64,000 nucleotides of DNA from an uncultured bacterium (GTDB lineage: Bacteria; Margulisbacteria; Termititenacia; CAZZFK01), in NCBI GenBank assembly GCA_964653455.1, contig CAZZFK010000001.1:158179-222178 (forward strand), given 5' to 3'. Positions 48,225 through 57,531 of the stretch are shown in pieces (the first letter of the stretch is position 1; every line of letters starts with the position of its first letter). Below the pieces are notes generated by a model. That model did no database searches and was not told the origin of the DNA. It saw nothing but the letters and a program-made list of their open reading frames with translations. The position numbers and the translations under genes are program-made.

Positions 48225-49441
48225 CCCAACCTCCTGAGCGAACCGGCCATCTTGAACATCGGCAGCAGTATGGATGCCGCTATGAACATGACGATGAGCG
48301 CTATGAAGATCAATGCTATCGGCTCAAGCAGGGTCATCTGCCGCTTGATCTTGTACTCCGTTTCCTGGTCATAGAAATCCGAGGCCTTGAGCGCCATATC
48401 ATCGAGCGTTCCCGATTCCTCGCCGACGCCTATCATATGCGCCATGATCTGAGGGAAAACACCGCTTTGGCTCAAAGGTTCGGCTATCCCTTTGCCGTCT
48501 CGCACGCTGTCTATGACCGTGTTTATCGCTTCCGCCATGACGATATTATTGAGCGCGTCACGGCTCAGCTCCAATGAACGGATGAGCGGCACCCCGCTCT
48601 TATGCAGGATGCCCAGGGTCCTTGCGAAACGAGAGAGCGCTGCGTGATGGATGACCGTCCCGAATATCGGCATCTTGAACTTGAACAGGTCCTTCAATCT
48701 GCGGCCTTCCTGCGTCTGAATGAAGAAGATCGCCCCGAAAATGATACTGACAATGCCGAGCAACATGAACAGATAATAGTTCGAAACGAAATTCGAGACA
48801 TGGACCAGGATACGCGTGGCCAACGGCAGTTCTATGTTGCTCTGCTGGAATATCTGCACGAATTTCGGCAGCACGAACACGATCATTGCCACGAGCACAA
48901 GGCTCCCGACCGAGAGCAGCAGTATCGGGTACGTGAGCGCCGAGACCACCTTGTTCCGTATCTCCCGGTTCTTCTCTTCAAAGACCAGTATACGCTCAAA
49001 AGCCTCATCGAGCTGACCACGGCTCTCTCCGACGTCGACCATATTGATCATGAACGGCGAGAATACCTGAGGAAAGACCGTCATGGCCTTGGCCAGAGAG
49101 GAACCTTCGGAAAGGTCGTTCTTGAGCGATGTGACGATGCGCTTGAGCCGCGGCTCGTCGGTCTGATCGATAACTATCTGAATTGCCTTGAAGAGCGGTA
49201 TCCCTGCGCGGATGAGCGTGCCTAATTGCCGGATAAAGACCAGCAGATCATCGATCGGCACACGCATAAAAAAGTCCTGAACCTGTTCCAGTAACGTACG
49301 CTGGACCAGATGGACCTCCAGCATCTGCTGACCTTCTACATAGAGACGATCGCGCAGCATCTCCGGAGATGACGCTTCCGCCTCATGATGAACGGTCTCG
49401 CCAGTTGTGATGGACCGGGCTGCATATGAATATTTCGGCAT
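48221..49441 (-). CDS. type II secretion / type IV pilus platform protein (GspF/PilC family)
   Basis: N-terminal MPKYSYAARSITTGE is the family-typical start; two repeated cytoplasmic domains and three TM helices; start at ATG 49441 (GGAGGGAG upstream), not the track's extension. Confidence 0.8.
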   Translation of the reverse strand: MPKYSYAARSITTGETVHHEAEASSPEMLRDRLYVEGQQMLEVHLVQRTLLEQVQDFFMRVPIDDLLVFIRQLGTLIRAGIPLFKAIQIVIDQTDEPRLKRIVTSLKNDLSEGSSLAKAMTVFPQVFSPFMINMVDVGESRGQLDEAFERILVFEEKNREIRNKVVSALTYPILLLSVGSLVLVAMIVFVLPKFVQIFQQSNIELPLATRILVHVSNFVSNYYLFMLLGIVSIIFGAIFFIQTQEGRRLKDLFKFKMPIFGTVIHHAALSRFARTLGILHKSGVPLIRSLELSRDALNNIVMAEAINTVIDSVRDGKGIAEPLSQSGVFPQIMAHMIGVGEESGTLDDMALKASDFYDQETEYKIKRQMTLLEPIALIFIALIVMFIAASILLPMFKMAGSLRRLG

Positions 49442-49530
49442 TGAACTGTGTACTCCCTCCTCACCACCCCCATCCCCCACTCCTGCATGCCCCGAGCTTG
49501 TCGAGGGGGAGAGGGGGACGAGGTGTGAGG
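49442..49530 (-). promoter_or_regulatory. C-rich/G-rich self-complementary intergenic element between GspE and GspF genes, including the GspF Shine-Dalgarno
   Basis: On the mRNA a C-rich tract (CCUCACACCUCGUCCCCCUCUCCCCCUC) precedes a G-rich tract (GGGGGAUGGGGGUGGUGAGGAGGGAG) that contains the SD; CCUCAC can pair with GGUGAGG. Confidence 0.35.
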
Positions 49531-51210
49531 CTAGCGAATGACCCTCATGACCTCTTCAAGCGTCGTCATACCCGCTTTAGCCTTGAGGATACCGTCATCT
49601 TTAAAGGTCCGCATACCTTCGCGCTGGGCAGCTATCCCGATATCGCCTGAAGTCGTCCCCGGGGTCCCGAGCAGCCGTTGTACGACCTCGCCCGGCACCA
49701 TGAGCTCATACAGGCCCAGGCGCCCTTTGTAACCGCTGCCCTGACAATCCGGACATCCGGCGCCGCGATAGAAAGAAACACTGCCGGGCTTGATCCCCGC
49801 CCACTGCAGCGCGTCGGCATCAGGTGTGTAGCTCACTTTGCACTTCGGGCAGACCCTGCGCACCAGGCGCTGGGCGAGCACACCGATGACAGTGGAACTG
49901 ACCAGGTACGGCTCGATGCCCATTTCCACAAGACGCGTGATACATGAGGGGGCATCATTTGTATGGAGCGTACTGAAGACCAAATGCCCCGTAAGCGCAG
50001 CCTGGAAGGATATTTCTGCCGTTTCCGGGTCGCGAATTTCCCCGACCAGGATGATGTCCGGGTCTTGACGCAGGAACGAACGCAGTCCTTTGGCGAACGT
50101 AAGACCGGCCTTCGGATTCACCTGAGACTGATTGATAAGGTCCAGATGATATTCAATGGGATCCTCGATGGTCACGATGTTCTTTTCGACGCTCTTCAAG
50201 CGATTGAGTATCGCGTACAGCGTCGTCGTTTTACCGCTGCCGGTAGGACCCGTGACCAGGATGATGCCATAGGTCTTGGTGATGAGCGGCAGGAGCGATG
50301 TGAGCATGTCCGGCATGATGCCCAGGTCTTCCAGGTCGAAAAGCACGCTCTGTTTATCCAGTAGACGGATGACGATCTTCTCGCCGTCGAGCACCGGGAA
50401 ACTGGAAACGCGCAGGTCTATCAGACGGTTCTCGACCTTCACCTGGAACCCGCCGTCCAGCGGTACGCGCTTCTCGGCGATATCCATGCGGGCCAATATC
50501 TTGATGCTCGAGATGAGCGAATTGGAAAGATGTTTCGGGAAGGTCATCATGGCGCGCAGCACACCGTCTATACGGAAACGGACCTTGAGCTCCGCTTCGA
50601 CCGGTTCAAAATGAATATCGCTCGCCCGTTCCCGTATGGCATGAGAGATGATGAGATGCAGAAGACGATTGACGGGCCCTGCGGCGGAAGAGGCCTGGAA
50701 CACCTGGTTCTCCACCATGCCGAGCGTTATATCGCTCAACCCCTGCACGTCCAGATCATCGATTATCTTCTTGATGGACGTGAACACCCCGAAATGCTGG
50801 TCAAGGACCGCGGTTATCTCGGCGAGCGTTGAGACCACCGGCTCGATACGGCATCTGGTATGGAACTCAAGCTCCTCAATGGCCTTATGATCGAGGGGGT
50901 CCGCCATGGCCACAAATAACGTATCTTTGACCTTGAACAGCGGGAAGAATGAATACCTGCGTGCCACTTCTCCGGGGACCAGCCGCAGAACGCTCAGGTC
51001 CAGCTTTTTACCCGCAAGTTTATAGCGCGGTATGCCTGCGTATTCCGAAAGAAAATCAGCGAGCAGCGACTGATCTATCAGCCCCAGGTCGCTTATCGTC
51101 CGGATGAAGGTCTCGTTCTTTTCCAGATGCGTGTTTGACGCGACATCAAGGTCCCGGACGGAAAGAAGTCCCTGTGCTACGAGCTCGGTACCGATGCTTT
51201 TAAAGCTCAT
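49531..51210 (-). CDS. type II secretion / type IV pilus assembly ATPase (GspE/PilB family)
   Basis: Walker A VTGPTGSGKTTTLYA, GspE N-terminal domain, Walker B and tetracysteine motif (CPKC ... CPDC). Confidence 0.9.
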   Translation of the reverse strand: MSFKSIGTELVAQGLLSVRDLDVASNTHLEKNETFIRTISDLGLIDQSLLADFLSEYAGIPRYKLAGKKLDLSVLRLVPGEVARRYSFFPLFKVKDTLFVAMADPLDHKAIEELEFHTRCRIEPVVSTLAEITAVLDQHFGVFTSIKKIIDDLDVQGLSDITLGMVENQVFQASSAAGPVNRLLHLIISHAIRERASDIHFEPVEAELKVRFRIDGVLRAMMTFPKHLSNSLISSIKILARMDIAEKRVPLDGGFQVKVENRLIDLRVSSFPVLDGEKIVIRLLDKQSVLFDLEDLGIMPDMLTSLLPLITKTYGIILVTGPTGSGKTTTLYAILNRLKSVEKNIVTIEDPIEYHLDLINQSQVNPKAGLTFAKGLRSFLRQDPDIILVGEIRDPETAEISFQAALTGHLVFSTLHTNDAPSCITRLVEMGIEPYLVSSTVIGVLAQRLVRRVCPKCKVSYTPDADALQWAGIKPGSVSFYRGAGCPDCQGSGYKGRLGLYELMVPGEVVQRLLGTPGTTSGDIGIAAQREGMRTFKDDGILKAKAGMTTLEEVMRVIR

Positions 51211-51563
51211 TGCGGATCACCCTTCTGCCGGAATATCTGTTGCAGGACCTCTTCCACGCTCTCACGGACGGGGATCTGCTTGTCCAGCCCCGTGATATGC
51301 AGTATCTCCCGGACATCGGGAGTAACCGAGGTAAGGAACATTTTTTTTCCGTGGGATTCAGCATGGACATATGCATCCGTCAGGGCTTCAAGGGCGGCAC
51401 TGTCGAAGAAACGGGTCGTCGGAACGTCTATGAGCCAGAACGGGAGCGCGGTATCGGAGGCCCGTATCGTTTCAAGGATATGACGGCCATCCTCGTTCTC
51501 GATATCCCCCGTGATCTTCAATATCGATACCCCACGTTGTTGAGAGACTTCCATCTTATCCAT
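51207..51563 (-). CDS. STAS-domain protein (anti-sigma-factor antagonist-like)
   Basis: 118 aa; ILKITGDIENEDGRHILETI ... FLTSVTPDVREILHITGLDKQIP follows the SpoIIAA/STAS pattern; stop overlaps the GspE start. Confidence 0.55.
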   Translation of the reverse strand: MDKMEVSQQRGVSILKITGDIENEDGRHILETIRASDTALPFWLIDVPTTRFFDSAALEALTDAYVHAESHGKKMFLTSVTPDVREILHITGLDKQIPVRESVEEVLQQIFRQKGDPQ

Positions 51564-51704
51564 ATTTTGAAATTGTAGCGTTAGCAGGGGTAGTTTTCAA
51601 TGAATGTTACTCTCGGTACGTTCTGCGTTTTTTCATGAAACATACCGCCACAGGCTACGATATCCAAAAGCAGGGATCCAACGATACAACAAGGAGCAGG
51701 CCAC

Positions 51705-52067
51705 GTGTTCAACAAGATCATCATGGACGGAGAACTGTTCACCATTTCTCAGGATGAAATGGACTCCCTGTTCCTGACCGACAGTACGACTGACCGGGCC
51801 GCACCCGTATATGGCAAGATCGCGCGGCTCCTGAAAGAAGCCCGGGGATTCGATACCCTGAGCGTCGAAGAGATATGGATAGCTCTCCTCCCGCTCCTTT
51901 TACAGGGCCCCTCACCGAACGCAGAATGTCCGACAGCACAGGAAAAGATACTGACGCTCATTGAACAAGGGGCCTTCGACCGGATCCCGGAGGACGTCAG
52001 TATCGAGCTTTTGGCCGACCTGAGCGGCGCACTGGCGAAAAAGTACATGCGGGATAGTGTTCCTTAG
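51705..52067 (+). CDS. hypothetical protein (120 aa)
   Basis: GTG start with AAGGAG 8 nt upstream; no motif recognised. Confidence 0.45.
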   Translation: MFNKIIMDGELFTISQDEMDSLFLTDSTTDRAAPVYGKIARLLKEARGFDTLSVEEIWIALLPLLLQGPSPNAECPTAQEKILTLIEQGAFDRIPEDVSIELLADLSGALAKKYMRDSVP

Positions 52068-52102
52068 CTCATCTGCGAAAGCTCGACCCCGGACAGCTGG
52101 TT

Positions 52103-53977
52103 CTATTTTTTATTTCGTTTCAGCGGGATCAGGGATAAGAAAGGCCCGACCATAAATGAAACAGAAGCAACAATGAATATCGGAGCAAAAGGAAGCATGA
52201 ACGATATAGAGAACAGAACCCCGCCAAAGATCAGTTCTTTATAATGCTTTTTTACCACATCAATGAACGGATTTTTTGTTTGTATCTTACCCTTTGGAGT
52301 AACGTGAAATATCGTATCTGAAGAAAACCCCTCAAAAACACCTTTCGCAATAGACAGTCCTGCACTGATAAAACCAAGGAACGCAGGGATTATGAATACA
52401 ATACTTTGAAATGCCTGCTTGATCTTTTTACTCATTACAAGATTTATAAAATCCATGCCTATTATACCAAGAAAAGCATGCCCAAAAGGCCTACTATATT
52501 GATAGATAGAATTGACCAATGAAAAGTCAGCATGAGATTGTAGTCCAATGATGCCAGTAACACTTAAGATGAGCGGGGCAATCGCAAACATATAGGCAGA
52601 GAGCGGATAATATGAAAACCGATAACACATGTCCGCTTTTTCATTCCAAGGAATATGCTTTGCATGAACAAAAGATGGCATTATCCTTCGAAGGGATTCG
52701 ACCCCTCCTTTAGCCCAACGTTTTTGCTGTACTTTAAAACGATCAAGATCCTCCGGTGAATGATCGACCACATGTACATAAGAGATCCGTTTACCTTTAT
52801 CCCAATAAGAGTGTTCCGCCCGCAACGATAGTCCCGTTGCCCAATCCTCCCCAACAAAATCTTCTTTCCATCCTCCAACGTCTTCAAAAGCGGCCTTTTG
52901 ATACAAAATAGCATAACCTCCTGAAGTTGCATGACCTATCCTTTCAACAGTATGCGTCAATTTTGACCTTGCACGATTTAATGCCGCAATAGGTTGATTG
53001 AATAAATTGTCATCACCCTTATCATCCACATCATAAACCAAGAACGGAAGTTTCTGATTATCCCTGAACTCCGGAACTGACTTTTTCAAGAGATCAGGCG
53101 CAAACTCTATATCACAATCGATCTGAAGAAATAGATTACCCTTCGGCCGATAAAAAACATTATCCGCATAAGATCGTAGTCCCAAGCTTATGTTCAAATT
53201 CCTTGCCTTACCACCCTCTTTGCCGTCACGATGAATAAAGGTAATACCATATTCAGTACAATAGGCCTCTAGTTCCGGCTTCCGAACACCATTAGAAAGA
53301 ACAACAATATCAAGCTTATCTTTCGGGTAATCCACCTCCAAAGCACTCCTGAGGGATGTACTCTTCAATAGCTCTAAAGGTTCATTATATGTAGGAATGG
53401 TTATTGTCACATGCGGCAGGTCTTTTTCTTGCATCGGGAGCGGCTCACATTCAGGACCTCTGAATAGCCCGACCATATTTGCAACAATACTCGTACTAAA
53501 GAATGGTATCGCAGCAAATAGATAAAAACTAGAGACTACCATGCTTGTAATGCCTGCCGATATTTCCGAAAGTGAGAACATATTCTTTATAAGCGGCGCA
53601 ACGGAATAAATATAGTACGCACTGGCCGCTCCATAGGTCAGTATTATCGATGACCATGCCTTTTTTTCCGTGCTTTCGAACATGGCCCTGTAGCAATGTT
53701 CAAAAACACTTTTTGATAGTTCTTTGACCATCAACTTCGCATTATGCATTGACCGAGAGATCGGATTTAGATCTATCTGAGGGAAAAGGGAAAAATCGTT
53801 CTGAAGCTGCATGCCATCACCGCTAAAAGCCAGGTTCTGTTTGAAAAAGATATTATCAATAGATGAAATGACCGCATCTGTATAGGGTCTTACCTGAACA
53901 GGGCTGGCATCCTTCTTTAAAAAGGATATATCTTTTACAGGATCATCGAACCCCATTATCTTTGTATGCCTGAACAT
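52103..53977 (-). CDS. family 2 processive glycosyltransferase (cellulose/chitin/hyaluronan synthase-like), membrane-bound
   Basis: GT2 motifs DCD (LQIDCDIEF), GED (FVGEDWATG) and Q..RW (VQQKRWAKGG) with N- and C-terminal TM helices; gene is AT-rich. Confidence 0.7.
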   Translation of the reverse strand: MFRHTKIMGFDDPVKDISFLKKDASPVQVRPYTDAVISSIDNIFFKQNLAFSGDGMQLQNDFSLFPQIDLNPISRSMHNAKLMVKELSKSVFEHCYRAMFESTEKKAWSSIILTYGAASAYYIYSVAPLIKNMFSLSEISAGITSMVVSSFYLFAAIPFFSTSIVANMVGLFRGPECEPLPMQEKDLPHVTITIPTYNEPLELLKSTSLRSALEVDYPKDKLDIVVLSNGVRKPELEAYCTEYGITFIHRDGKEGGKARNLNISLGLRSYADNVFYRPKGNLFLQIDCDIEFAPDLLKKSVPEFRDNQKLPFLVYDVDDKGDDNLFNQPIAALNRARSKLTHTVERIGHATSGGYAILYQKAAFEDVGGWKEDFVGEDWATGLSLRAEHSYWDKGKRISYVHVVDHSPEDLDRFKVQQKRWAKGGVESLRRIMPSFVHAKHIPWNEKADMCYRFSYYPLSAYMFAIAPLILSVTGIIGLQSHADFSLVNSIYQYSRPFGHAFLGIIGMDFINLVMSKKIKQAFQSIVFIIPAFLGFISAGLSIAKGVFEGFSSDTIFHVTPKGKIQTKNPFIDVVKKHYKELIFGGVLFSISFMLPFAPIFIVASVSFMVGPFLSLIPLKRNKK

Positions 53978-54121
53978 AGTTCACACCTTATCTAAGAACG
54001 CCAAGCGGGTTCCTTCATAATACATACCCCATGTACTGCCATTTTATACATACCTGTATCCACCCCTGATTTATTGATATTTATCAAATACAAAATGACC
54101 ACCTATTGCTAGGCTACCGCA

Positions 54122-55336
54122 ATGCAGAACACACCAAAAGGCTTACGGCTCCATATCGGGATATTTGGACGTACGAACGTCGGAAAATCCAGCGTATTGA
54201 ACATGATCGCAGGACAGGACGTGGCCATAACCTCCCCTATCCCGGGCACGACGACCGACGTCGTTGAAAAAACAATGGAACTACTGCCCATCGGTCCCGT
54301 AGTATTCCTCGACACCGCAGGCTTCGATGACACGTCGGTCCTTGGCGAAAAACGTATCGAACGGACCAAAAAGATATTCGATCGCGCGGATATCGCCGTC
54401 CTCGTCTGCGAACCGGACATCTGGACCGAGTTCGAAGAGGAGATACAGCACTTGGCGAAAGATAAAAAGATCCCGCTCCTTTATATAATGAACAAAGTGG
54501 ACCTGGGGAACCCCTCCCCTGCGCTTTTAAAGAATATCCGTATCCCTGAGGAAAAGCTCATCACCTGCTCCGCTACGGACAGCGCTCAACGGGAACGGAC
54601 CGTGAACCGATTCAAAGAACAGGTCCTTGAGGTCTGTCCGGAAGGGTTCCTCAACCCGCCGCCCCTCCTGGGGGACCTGATACCGAAAAGAGGTCTTGTG
54701 GTCCTCATCGTCCCCATAGACATAGAAGCCCCTAAAGGACGCATCATACTTCCGCAGGTCCAGGCCATACGCGACGCGCTCGATGCGGACGCTGTCGTCC
54801 TGACCGTGAAAGAAAGCGAATACGCGTACAGCCTGTCCCTGTTGAACAAAAAGCCGGACCTGGTGGTCTGCGACTCACAGGTCGTCGATAAGATGGTGGC
54901 CGACACACCTGCGGACGTTCCCTGCACCACCTTCTCGATAATTCTGGCCCGTCAAAAAGGAGACCTCCCGGAACTGACCAATGGAGCGAAAAAGATAGAC
55001 AGCCTTAAGAACGGGGATAAGGTCCTTATCGCTGAAGCCTGCAGCCATCATGCGCTCGAGGATGATATCGGAAGAGTGAAGCTTCCCCGGTGGATCAAGG
55101 AGCATACAAAAGCCGACATCCGTTTTGAAACAGTCGCAGGTCGTGACTATCCTGCGGACCTCAAGGAGTACTCATTGATCGTACATTGCGGGAGCTGTAT
55201 GCATAACCGGCGTGAAATGCTCTCCCGCATACATAAAGCAAAAGAGGCCGGCGTAGCTATCACGAACTACGGCGTGGCCATCGCCCATACCCAGGGCGTG
55301 CTCGCACGTGTCCTCGCTCCGTTCGGGATATCATAG
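54122..55336 (+). CDS. hydF: [FeFe]-hydrogenase maturation GTPase HydF
   Basis: N-terminal GTPase motifs (GRTNVGKSS, DTAG, NKVD) and the C-terminal FeS-binding signature C.H.(45).HC..C (CSH ... HCGSC). Confidence 0.8.
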   Translation: MQNTPKGLRLHIGIFGRTNVGKSSVLNMIAGQDVAITSPIPGTTTDVVEKTMELLPIGPVVFLDTAGFDDTSVLGEKRIERTKKIFDRADIAVLVCEPDIWTEFEEEIQHLAKDKKIPLLYIMNKVDLGNPSPALLKNIRIPEEKLITCSATDSAQRERTVNRFKEQVLEVCPEGFLNPPPLLGDLIPKRGLVVLIVPIDIEAPKGRIILPQVQAIRDALDADAVVLTVKESEYAYSLSLLNKKPDLVVCDSQVVDKMVADTPADVPCTTFSIILARQKGDLPELTNGAKKIDSLKNGDKVLIAEACSHHALEDDIGRVKLPRWIKEHTKADIRFETVAGRDYPADLKEYSLIVHCGSCMHNRREMLSRIHKAKEAGVAITNYGVAIAHTQGVLARVLAPFGIS

Positions 55337-55420
55337 TTCACCCCACGGCCAGCTCGGAATGAGTTAAATCCCTTGACTCTCACTTCAACAATACTCGATA
55401 ATTATCTGTAGAGGTGCCCC

Positions 55421-55681
55421 ATGAACAAGAACGTACTGCTCATCCTGATAGATCATCGCAAGGATTCCGCCGTGAACGTCCAGAAGATACTCACTACCTG
55501 GGGCTGTCTGATCAAGACCCGTCTCGGTATCCATGACGGTGTCCTCGCCGCTTGCTCCGATACCGGGCTCATCATCCTGGAACTGGTCGGTGACAAGGAG
55601 AAGCAAGATGAGCTGACCCGGAAATTAGGGGTACTACCGGGGGTCTCCGCCAAGCTTGTCGAAATGACATTACCTGCATAG
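55421..55681 (+). CDS. small ACT-like protein, possibly the TM1266-type putative iron-only hydrogenase system regulator
   Basis: 86 aa directly downstream of hydF with AGAGGTG upstream; size and neighbourhood fit that family; assignment rests on context, not a confirmed motif. Confidence 0.45.
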   Translation: MNKNVLLILIDHRKDSAVNVQKILTTWGCLIKTRLGIHDGVLAACSDTGLIILELVGDKEKQDELTRKLGVLPGVSAKLVEMTLPA

Positions 55682-55769
55682 AACGAAAAGTACCCTCTTT
55701 ACGTTTTTAGAAAAACGAGTATCATAACGCAGACCTGAATAATTCTTGCACATCAAAAGGTAAAGTATC

Positions 55770-56678
55770 ATGATCAATACGATCAAGATCGGCCGCATCA
55801 AATGGCTCGATGTTCGTAACCCTGACGAGAACGAACTGAAATTCCTTCAGAAGAAGTTCAAGTTCCATCCTCTTGATATCGAGGACTGTCATTCATCCTA
55901 TCAACGTCCCAAGGTCGAGATCCACGAAAAATATCGTTTTGCGATCCTGCAGGTCCCGGTCTGTTCGCGCACCTGCTTCCGCGTAACGATGACCGAGATA
56001 GACGTGTTCTGGTCGGACAAGTTCATTGTGACCGTACATTATGGAGACGTCCCCTCGATCAGCGACCTGACCGAACGATTGCAGGACCGCAAAGCCCGGG
56101 CAAAGCTCGGAACGCTCACCGGCAAAAGATTGTTCTTCGAGCTCAGTAACGAACTGGTGACCCAGGTCTATCCGATGCTCTCTCATTACCGCGGGGTCAT
56201 CGATCAGATCGATCAGGAGATGTTCCAACCCAACAGCCGCAAGATCGTAGAGAACATCAACGCCGTCCGTCGTGACCTCATCTTGTCCCAAACGAACATC
56301 CGCCAGCTGGCCCCTATCTTCTCGCAGCTGGAAGATATCAACAAAAAAGCCGGGGACCCGATCGCCTCCTACTGGGGCGAGATCCTTGATAAATTGAACA
56401 ATTTGCGCGACGAATTCGAAGATTTCCAGGAGATCGTCGAGGGCCTCAACAGTTCGCTTGAATCCCTTCTTAACCACAGGACGAGCGACATCATGAAAAC
56501 GCTCACGATCTTCAACGTGGTCATGCTGCCGTTGAACTTCATCACCAGCTTCTACGGGATGAACCTGGACTCATTGCCGTTCGCGAAGACCCATCAGGCG
56601 CTCATCATCCTGCTCGCACTGATGCTCTCGACCAGCACCTCCATGGTGGCCTACTTCAAGTTCAAGAAGTGGTTCTGA
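55770..56678 (+). CDS. corA: CorA-family magnesium/cobalt transporter
   Basis: C-terminal two TM helices flanking the YGMN signature (FITSFYGMNLDSLPF) after a long cytoplasmic domain. Confidence 0.8.
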   Translation: MINTIKIGRIKWLDVRNPDENELKFLQKKFKFHPLDIEDCHSSYQRPKVEIHEKYRFAILQVPVCSRTCFRVTMTEIDVFWSDKFIVTVHYGDVPSISDLTERLQDRKARAKLGTLTGKRLFFELSNELVTQVYPMLSHYRGVIDQIDQEMFQPNSRKIVENINAVRRDLILSQTNIRQLAPIFSQLEDINKKAGDPIASYWGEILDKLNNLRDEFEDFQEIVEGLNSSLESLLNHRTSDIMKTLTIFNVVMLPLNFITSFYGMNLDSLPFAKTHQALIILLALMLSTSTSMVAYFKFKKWF

Positions 56679-56755
56679 CCTGACCCCGATAGCAGTAGAC
56701 ACCGAACATCTCCATACGATCGACCAGCACAGGGACTACGGACGGGGAAAAAGGC

Positions 56756-57469
56756 CTACTTCCCGGCCTTCTCTACAGCTTCCAAGAACTTTTCTTCAGG
56801 CAATGCTCCGGACAGTTTTATTTTTTCATTGATAACGGTCATGGGGACACCAACCACATCGTACTTCTGTGAGAGATAGGGGAATTCGTTGAGCTCCACC
56901 ATGTCCGCACGGATGAGCGGATTATGCATGGCGAACTGATGTGCCAAACGCACCATTTTCGTGCAATACGGGCACGTGGGTGTCACCAGGACCTGTATAT
57001 GCACCGGCTTCTTTATCCTTTCAAGACGCGCGATGGTCCCGGATGAAAGCTCAGAACCGCCTCGAGAAGCGTCCTTTATCGCTTCGATAAGGTTCGAGAA
57101 CTCATATCCTGAAGGGATACCGAAGAAACGCACGCCACTTGTCCGCGCACCGACAGGAACGATCGCGGGGATCTTATCCACGCCATAGTTCCTGGCGGTC
57201 AGCACATCCTTCTGGAACTCATGTTTCTCCACTTTGATCTTCGGGGAGAGCTTCGACAGTTCATCGACCAGCTGATCGTTCTGCCCGCAGGGTACGCACC
57301 GCAGCTCCTGTGTGAACACAACGAGCGTGACCGGTGCGGTCACTTGTTTGAACTCTTTTTTAAGTTGTTCCTGTACGGACTTCGGCAATAACTGCTCTGC
57401 CATGAGCGCACAGGTCATACTTGCAACTAATGCTATACTAATGAAGATGATACGTGCATATCTGAACAT
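56756..57469 (-). CDS. secreted thioredoxin-fold protein disulfide oxidoreductase (two C..C motifs)
   Basis: Signal peptide; CVPC and TPTCPYC redox motifs in two thioredoxin-like halves. Confidence 0.6.
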   Translation of the reverse strand: MFRYARIIFISIALVASMTCALMAEQLLPKSVQEQLKKEFKQVTAPVTLVVFTQELRCVPCGQNDQLVDELSKLSPKIKVEKHEFQKDVLTARNYGVDKIPAIVPVGARTSGVRFFGIPSGYEFSNLIEAIKDASRGGSELSSGTIARLERIKKPVHIQVLVTPTCPYCTKMVRLAHQFAMHNPLIRADMVELNEFPYLSQKYDVVGVPMTVINEKIKLSGALPEEKFLEAVEKAGK

Positions 57470-57531
57470 GACTGCATTATATCAATGCAATAATGCAACT
57501 GCAAAGGTCGTACGGAAAAAAGGAGAGATAT

